Assembly (NCBI GenBank): GCA_036383395.1
Contig: DASVOI010000014.1
Span: forward strand, 329 to 64,328
Reading direction: 5' to 3'
Length of the DNA: 64,000 nucleotides
DNA from: Candidatus Saccharimonadales bacterium
Lineage (GTDB): Bacteria; Patescibacteriota; Saccharimonadia; Saccharimonadales; UBA4665
Positions 58,386 through 64,000 of this stretch are shown piece by piece. The first letter of the stretch is position 1. Every line of letters begins with the position of its first letter. The translations under genes and the position numbers were made by a program. The notes below the pieces were generated by a model that was given only the letters and a program-made list of their open reading frames with translations, was not told the origin of the DNA and searched no databases.

Positions 58386-59039
58386 TTATTCGGACGCTGG
58401 CTGGCCCCGAAGTTTTAACAGCAGTTCGACGCCGTACCAAGCCATGCCAATCATATAGGCGAGCACGCCAAATGTCCCCGTCGTTGCCCACCACCAGGAC
58501 ATATGGATTCCGCCGCCGCCAGGCAGGCTCAAGAAGCCAAGGATGGCGCTGGCCACAGAAAGCACAATAAAGCCGATGCCAAGTTGCCGCGAGAAAACCT
58601 TGGCACGAATCGTTGCGACTCCGAAGACGACTCCTCCTGCCGAAACGAGTCCGCTGGAAATCGCGAAGAAAAAGTTGAAGATCATAGGGCCAGTATTTAA
58701 CGTATGACTCGTGATGGCGAGATTGGCTAACCAGGGGTATATAAGCAGCAAAATTGCAGGAAAGCCGACAGTTAGGGCCATGCCGAATAGTGAAACCATC
58801 GCAAACCCGACGAATCCCGCGCGCCCGCTTTCTTTTCGCTGATATAAGTAAACGACCGGCCAGGCAGCCATAAGGACGAGGCCGCCGACAAAATTAACGA
58901 GAGCCACGGGGTAATAGCCTGCGCTCGCGACTGCTTCTCTGACGCCGCCTTGAGGCGCTAGTAGGTTGGCAACCGCCACCAAAAAAGCTCCGAGAACGAG
59001 CGATAGTGCTCCGATACGCCATAGTGTGTTTTTGTCCAT
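58386..59039 (-). CDS. Integral membrane protein (about 6 TM), unknown function
   Basis: Hydrophobic ORF; start 59039 preceded by TGT-TACTAT at 7 nt. Confidence 0.7.
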   Translation of the reverse strand: MDKNTLWRIGALSLVLGAFLVAVANLLAPQGGVREAVASAGYYPVALVNFVGGLVLMAAWPVVYLYQRKESGRAGFVGFAMVSLFGMALTVGFPAILLLIYPWLANLAITSHTLNTGPMIFNFFFAISSGLVSAGGVVFGVATIRAKVFSRQLGIGFIVLSVASAILGFLSLPGGGGIHMSWWWATTGTFGVLAYMIGMAWYGVELLLKLRGQPASE

Positions 59040-59100
59040 CACAGTCATAGTAACAGCAAATTTCTATTTAGGACTAGGAAATTATGGATACGAAAATATC

Positions 59101-59175
59101 TGGCTGGGGCTGAGGGATTCGAACCCCCGAATGACGGGACCAAAACCCGTTGCCTTACCACTTGGCCAAGCCCCA
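59101..59175 (-). tRNA. tRNA-Gln (anticodon UUG)
   Basis: TGGGGCT/AGCCCCA acceptor stem, TGGTAAGGC D-loop, ACGGG-TTTTGGT-CCCGT anticodon arm, GGTTCGAATCC T-arm and encoded CCA. Confidence 0.97.
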
Positions 59176-59295
59176 ATGCTTGTTGCGAATACCCCGTTAT
59201 TCTAGCGCAAAAGGGGCATTTCTTCAACGATCGTTTGCATTCCTCGCGAAAAGGTATTGTCGCAACATGCGGCGGTGTCGTACAGTGTTAGGGAC

Positions 59296-60234
59296 ATGGC
59301 AAAACCAACACCGAACGCCAAAGACTATATTCGTCCGTTGAATATGAACGGTTTGCAGGGGCGCATGATGTCCCTGCCGGCCAGCGGCAAAAACAAACGC
59401 GAGATTCTGGTGCTCTATGGCCACCACGCTTTGCTGGAGCGCTGGTGGGGGCTTATCCAAAATTTTAGTACCTACGGCACGGTAACGATGCCTGACCTGC
59501 CCGGTTTTGGCGGCATGGACAGCTTTTACAAAATCGGCCAGAAGCCGACTATCGACAATTTTGCTGATTACGTGGCGTCGTTTATTAAGCTGCGCTATAA
59601 GCGCCGCCGCATAAGTATTGTGGGTATTTCGTTTGGCTTTGTGGTAGCGACGCGCATGTTGCAGCGCTACCCTGACCTGGCCAAGAAGGTTGACCTGGTG
59701 GTGAGCGCCGCTGGCTTTGCGCACTACGACGATTTCACCTTTACCCGCCGGCGGATGTTCCTGTACCGTGGCATTGCCATGGTATTGTCTTGGCGGCTGC
59801 CGGCCTTCTTGTGGCGGCACGTGGCACTGTCGCCCTGGGTGCTTCGCAAGGCCTACGCCCGCACGCACAATGCCAAGCACAAATTTGCCGAAGTTGCCGC
59901 CCTGCCCGAAAAGTTTGAGGCCATGATGAACGTTGAAATCGACCTGTGGCACATGAACGATGTGCGCACGCATTTTGCCACCACCTCGCAGTTTCTGCAC
60001 CTCGATAACTGCAAAATCCAAATTCATGTCCCAGTCTGGCACGTCTACACCAAAAAAGATCAGTATTTCGACAGTTCGGTGGTCGAGCAACACCTGCGCG
60101 TGGTGTACGACAGCTATGAGAGCGCGGTGGCCAATCTGGAAAACCACGTGGTGAGCGTACTGGCCGACAAAAAAGAAACAGCGCCGTTTATCCCGCACAA
60201 GTTGCGGCGGTTTTTGTCGCAAAAGGAGTCGTAA
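59296..60234 (+). CDS. Alpha/beta fold hydrolase
   Basis: LYGHH, PDLPGFG, GISFG nucleophile elbow and late Asp/His (KDQY, ENH). Confidence 0.82.
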   Translation: MAKPTPNAKDYIRPLNMNGLQGRMMSLPASGKNKREILVLYGHHALLERWWGLIQNFSTYGTVTMPDLPGFGGMDSFYKIGQKPTIDNFADYVASFIKLRYKRRRISIVGISFGFVVATRMLQRYPDLAKKVDLVVSAAGFAHYDDFTFTRRRMFLYRGIAMVLSWRLPAFLWRHVALSPWVLRKAYARTHNAKHKFAEVAALPEKFEAMMNVEIDLWHMNDVRTHFATTSQFLHLDNCKIQIHVPVWHVYTKKDQYFDSSVVEQHLRVVYDSYESAVANLENHVVSVLADKKETAPFIPHKLRRFLSQKES

Positions 60235-60261
60235 GGCCCGCATGTTACAATGGGTGCATCT

Positions 60262-61392
60262 ATGAAAATTGGTCTGATTTGCCCCTATAACGTTGCCAAA
60301 GGCGGCGGAGTCCAAGAGATCGTCTATGCCATGCAGTCCGAGTTGATGAGCCGCGGTCACGATTGCTACATCATTACGCCGCGGCCGCAGGATCACGATA
60401 GCGACCCCAGCGACCACACGATTTTCATTGGCGGCGCCGCCGACTTTAATGCGCCCACGCACACCACCATTCAGGTATCGGCCAGTGTCAGTGACACCAT
60501 CGACCGCATGCTAGAAGAAGAGCAATTCGACATCCTGCACTTCCACGAGCCGTGGATCCCGATGCTCAGCTACCAGATTTTGAGTCGCTCCAACACCGTT
60601 AACGTGGCCACGTTCCATGCCAAGTTGCCCGAGACCATGATGGGCCGCACGACCGCCCGCGTCATTACGCCCTACACCAAATCGGTGCTGAAGTACATTG
60701 ACGCTTTCACCGCCGTGTCCGATGCCGCTGCCGAGTACGTTTGCAAGCTCACGAATGCGCCAGTAGCGATTATTCCTAACGCCATCGACCCAGATGTTTA
60801 CGCTCCACCCAAAGTATTTAAAGACAAGCGCAAGCACAAGACCATTCTGTTTGTGGGCCGGCCTGAGGGCCGCAAGGGTGTGAAGTATCTGTTGCATGCC
60901 TTTAAGCTGTTGCAGGCCAAGGATCCGACCCTGTCGCTGGTTATCGCCGGCGACGGCGCCGAGCGCGCCAAAATGGAAGAGCTGGCCATGGATCTGGAAC
61001 TAGACAACGTGCAGTTCTTGGGCTACGTGTCTCAGGCCGAAAAAGTACGCCTGCTGCAAACGAGCGACCTGTTTTGCTCGCCGGCGCTCTACGGCGAGAG
61101 TTTTGGCGTGGTTTTGCTGGAGGCTATGGCGACCGGCCTGGTGACGGTGGCCGGCGCGAACTCCGGCTACGCCTCGGTGATGCAGGGCCTGGGCGCTATT
61201 TCGCTGGTAGATCCCAAGCACACCGTCGAACTTGCCCGCCGCATCGACCTGCTGCTGCACGAAACTGACCTGCGCAAGTTGTGGCGCGAATGGGCCGAGA
61301 GCGAAATGCCCAAGTATACCTACAAGCGCATCGTTGACCAGTACGTGGAAGTCTACGAAACGGCGCTGGCCGCTCACCACGGCAATGCGTAA
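60262..61392 (+). CDS. GT4 glycosyltransferase, PimA-like
   Basis: MKIGLICPY...GGVQ, FDILHFHEP, VATFH, FVGR...RKG and GESFGVVLLEAMA. Confidence 0.9.
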   Translation: MKIGLICPYNVAKGGGVQEIVYAMQSELMSRGHDCYIITPRPQDHDSDPSDHTIFIGGAADFNAPTHTTIQVSASVSDTIDRMLEEEQFDILHFHEPWIPMLSYQILSRSNTVNVATFHAKLPETMMGRTTARVITPYTKSVLKYIDAFTAVSDAAAEYVCKLTNAPVAIIPNAIDPDVYAPPKVFKDKRKHKTILFVGRPEGRKGVKYLLHAFKLLQAKDPTLSLVIAGDGAERAKMEELAMDLELDNVQFLGYVSQAEKVRLLQTSDLFCSPALYGESFGVVLLEAMATGLVTVAGANSGYASVMQGLGAISLVDPKHTVELARRIDLLLHETDLRKLWREWAESEMPKYTYKRIVDQYVEVYETALAAHHGNA

Positions 61393-62524
61393 GCTCAAAA
61401 TCGGCTTCGTTTTTGATGACTCGCTCGACAAACCCGACGGCGTGCAGCAATACGTGCTGACGCTAAGCCGTTGGCTCGCCGGCATGGGCCACGATGTGCA
61501 CTACTTGGTTGGCGAAACCAAGCGTACTGACCTGCCGAACTTATATTCTCTCAGCCGCAATATCAAGGTGCGCTTCAACCAAAACCGGATGGCCATGCCG
61601 TTGCCGGCGCGCATGGGGCCGATTCGCACGGTTTTGCGGCGCGAGCAGTTTGATGTGCTGCATGTGCAGGTGCCATATAGTCCGGCGCTGGCGGCGCGGA
61701 TTATCCAGGCGGCCGACGAACGGACGGCAGTGGTTGGTACTTTCCACGTGGCGCCCCATTCGGCGCTCGTGACGCACGGCAACCGGCTGCTGGCCTTGGC
61801 CGTACGGCGAACGCTGCGGCGCTTTGATGCCATGATCGCCGGTACCGACTCGGCCGCAGCATTTGCCAGAAAAACTTTCCAGGTTGAGAGCGAGGTGGTG
61901 CCGCACCCTATCGAGCTGTCGCAGTTTTTGCATGCCAAGCCGTTTGAGCGTTACGCCAGCAGCACTAACGTCGTATTTTTGGGCCGCCTGGTGGAGCGCA
62001 AGGGCTGCCAACATTTGCTGCGGGCCGTGGCGTACGCCCGCAAACTTGGCGAGTGGCCCGGGCACGCCCGTGTGATTATTTGCGGCGGCGGTCCGCTGGA
62101 GGCGCAGCTCAAAGCATATGCCCGCGAGCACCAGTTGCACGACATTATCGAGTTCACTGGCTACATCACCGAAGAAGACAAGCCGCGCTACCTGGCTGGT
62201 GCCGACGTGGCCGTTTACCCCAGCACTGGCGGCGAGAGTTTTGGCATCGTGCTGCCAGAGGCCATGGCTGCCGCCCGCGGCGAGGTGCTGGCCGGCAATA
62301 ACCCCGGCTACGCCAGTGTTATGGTAAAACGACCGCAGGCGTTGTTTGATCCGAAAGACACCGCCGCTTTTGCCAGCCGCTTGGTGGCGGCTCTAAAAAG
62401 CAAGCAGGTCCGCGCCGATGCCCGTGCCTGGCAACAAGAGTATGTCCGTCGTTTTGATGTGAACGAGGCCGGTAAGCGCGTCCTCCAGATATATACCGAG
62501 GCGTTGCAGAAACGGCCGAGCTGA
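61385..62524 (+). CDS. GT4 glycosyltransferase, PimA-like paralog
   Basis: DGVQQY, FDVLHVQ.P, VGTFH, FLGRLVERKG and GESFGIVLPEAMA; overlaps the previous gene. Confidence 0.9.
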   Translation: MRKLKIGFVFDDSLDKPDGVQQYVLTLSRWLAGMGHDVHYLVGETKRTDLPNLYSLSRNIKVRFNQNRMAMPLPARMGPIRTVLRREQFDVLHVQVPYSPALAARIIQAADERTAVVGTFHVAPHSALVTHGNRLLALAVRRTLRRFDAMIAGTDSAAAFARKTFQVESEVVPHPIELSQFLHAKPFERYASSTNVVFLGRLVERKGCQHLLRAVAYARKLGEWPGHARVIICGGGPLEAQLKAYAREHQLHDIIEFTGYITEEDKPRYLAGADVAVYPSTGGESFGIVLPEAMAAARGEVLAGNNPGYASVMVKRPQALFDPKDTAAFASRLVAALKSKQVRADARAWQQEYVRRFDVNEAGKRVLQIYTEALQKRPS

Positions 62525-62541
62525 GCCATAATGAAGCCGAG

Positions 62542-63693
62542 ATGATGTTTTCCTTGAAGTCCAAAAAACACGAAGAAACGATAAATTTCAACATCACGAA
62601 CCCTACGATTATGCGTGTTTTGGGGCTGGTTATCGTGTCTATTTTGGCGCTGGCCGCGCTGCGGCAAGCCAAGCACGCGCTAGTGCTCATCTTTACCGGA
62701 TTCTTCTTGGCGCTGGCGCTGAACGGCCCGGTGCACTGGCTGGCCAGCCGTTTGCCCGGCAAACGCAAAGGCAGCCGCGCGGCGGCAACGGCGCTCTCGT
62801 TTTTCGTGGTCATCGCCTTTTTGATCGGTTTTTTGGCCCTGATTGTACCGCCGCTGGTGCGCCAAAGCAGCACCTTTATTAGCGCCGCGCCGTCGCTGGT
62901 GCAGGACTTGCAGGCCCAAGACAGCCCGGCTGGCCGGTTTATTCAGAAGTACCATTTGCAAGACCAGGTTGATAAGTTCTCGCATCAGTTGTCAGGGCGG
63001 CTGGGCAACATCGGCGGTACGGCGGTCAGCGGTGTCATGAAGCTGGGCAGCAGCGTCTTCTCGGTGCTGACCATTTTAGTGCTGACTTTCATGATGCTTA
63101 TTGAGGGCCCGCGCTGGCTGCGCTTCTTCCGCGATCTGATCCCTGACGAGCACCACTCCCGGGCCGATCGCCTGGCGCTAGACATGTACAAGGTTATAAA
63201 AGGCTACGTCAACGGCCAGGTCGTGCTGGCGTTTATCGCCTCTTGTATGTTGCTGCCAGCGCTGCTCATTTTGCATGTCAGCTATCCGGCGGCGCTTGTG
63301 GTCGTGGTATTTATTTGCGGCCTTATTCCGCTCATTGGGCACAGCATTGGCGCGGTGATCGTGACGGCGGTGGCGCTGTTCCACTCGCCGGTGACGGCTA
63401 TTATTGTGCTGGCGTACTACATTTTGTATCAGCAAATCGAGAACTACATTATTCAGCCGCGCATCCAGGCCAACTCTACGAATATGTCACCGCTGCTGGT
63501 CTTTTCGGCAGTGATTATTGGCGTGAACTTTGGCGGTCTGTTTGGCGGTCTGGTGGCCATCCCGGTGATGGGTTGCATCCGTATTGCCCTGCTGGACTAC
63601 CTGCGTACTCGCCACATTATTGAAGACGACACGTACAAAGAAATCGCCCAGTCGCGCTCGGTGCGACCGGACGACGCCAAAGCACCTAGCTAG
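62542..63693 (+). CDS. AI-2E (PerM/YhhT) family transporter
   Basis: IPLIG..IG, YQQIENYIIQPRI and GLFGGLVAIP. Confidence 0.92.
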   Translation: MMFSLKSKKHEETINFNITNPTIMRVLGLVIVSILALAALRQAKHALVLIFTGFFLALALNGPVHWLASRLPGKRKGSRAAATALSFFVVIAFLIGFLALIVPPLVRQSSTFISAAPSLVQDLQAQDSPAGRFIQKYHLQDQVDKFSHQLSGRLGNIGGTAVSGVMKLGSSVFSVLTILVLTFMMLIEGPRWLRFFRDLIPDEHHSRADRLALDMYKVIKGYVNGQVVLAFIASCMLLPALLILHVSYPAALVVVVFICGLIPLIGHSIGAVIVTAVALFHSPVTAIIVLAYYILYQQIENYIIQPRIQANSTNMSPLLVFSAVIIGVNFGGLFGGLVAIPVMGCIRIALLDYLRTRHIIEDDTYKEIAQSRSVRPDDAKAPS

Positions 63694-63694
63694 T

Positions 63695-64000
63695 TTAGAT
63701 TCGGTACCACACCGGGCCGCTTGCGGTGTCGCGGACGCCCAGACCGGCTGCCTTGAGCTTGTCGCGCAGCTCGTCGGACTTTGTCCAATCTTTGGTGCTG
63801 CGGGCTTGTTCGCGTTCGGCGATCAGATCTTTTTGGGCGTGAGTAATGTCTGGCCGCTCGGCGAGTTGCAGGCCAAACAAGCGGTCGATAACATTTAACA
63901 GCGGTTGGATTTTCTCCTGGTCGACGCCGTCGGTTTCGGCCTTGTTGGCCAGCTCAACGAGTGCGCGCAGCGCCTTCGGCATATTTAGGTCGTCACCGGC
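63695..64000 (-). CDS. cysS: Cysteine--tRNA ligase, C-terminal part (truncated by the window edge)
   Basis: DDLNMPKAL (DALR domain), IAEREQAR..KDW..SDELRD.L...G..VRD...G..W. Confidence 0.93.
   Translation of the reverse strand, partial: AGDDLNMPKALRALVELANKAETDGVDQEKIQPLLNVIDRLFGLQLAERPDITHAQKDLIAEREQARSTKDWTKSDELRDKLKAAGLGVRDTASGPVWYRI

Noticed and set aside
59101-59175. tRNA-Gln as an integration site for a genomic island
   Set aside because: No duplicate of the tRNA 3' end and no integrase seen in the window.

Overview
Bacterial chromosomal segment, standard code 11 (TGA is used as stop, e.g. atpG), gene-dense. Gene style points to Candidatus Saccharibacteria/Patescibacteria (inference from the short ATP synthase delta, a UvrD-PD(D/E)xK fusion, a CPR-type surface-protein N-terminus and the absence of biosynthetic operons here). 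Left to right: nuclease/kinase/Hsp20/CobO/glutaredoxin genes; a complete H+-type F1Fo operon with three translationally coupled orphan ORFs inserted (one between atpG and atpD, two between atpD and atpC); a carbonic-anhydrase-like gene and an aquaporin; a ~16 kb glycan locus (processive GT2, GH26-like protein, GT2-GT4 fusion, flippase, GT4, a 1505-aa GT4-GT4-DUF2206-like fusion, DUF1616-like protein, tailspike-like beta-helix protein, galE); helicase-nuclease, NDH-2, YihY, EEP hydrolase; a cluster with an MppP/RohP/Ind4-like PLP-dependent arginine oxidase homolog, TrmB regulator, divergent Ldh_2 reductase, CASTOR-like ACT protein and FAD-linked oxidase; ABC exporter, RRM protein, Crp, GreA-like, fused trehalose synthase/phosphatase, class F sortase with an APNTG substrate, tRNA-Gln(UUG), two PimA-like GT4s, AI-2E transporter and the 3' end of cysS. 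Best leads: the arginine-oxidase-like cluster, the atp-operon inserts, two Crp boxes (one with lac-like class I spacing), pervasive leaderless promoters, and the archaeal-type glycan locus. No CRISPR, rRNA, transposase, integrase or prophage was seen. All family calls come from motif recognition from memory; no database search was run.
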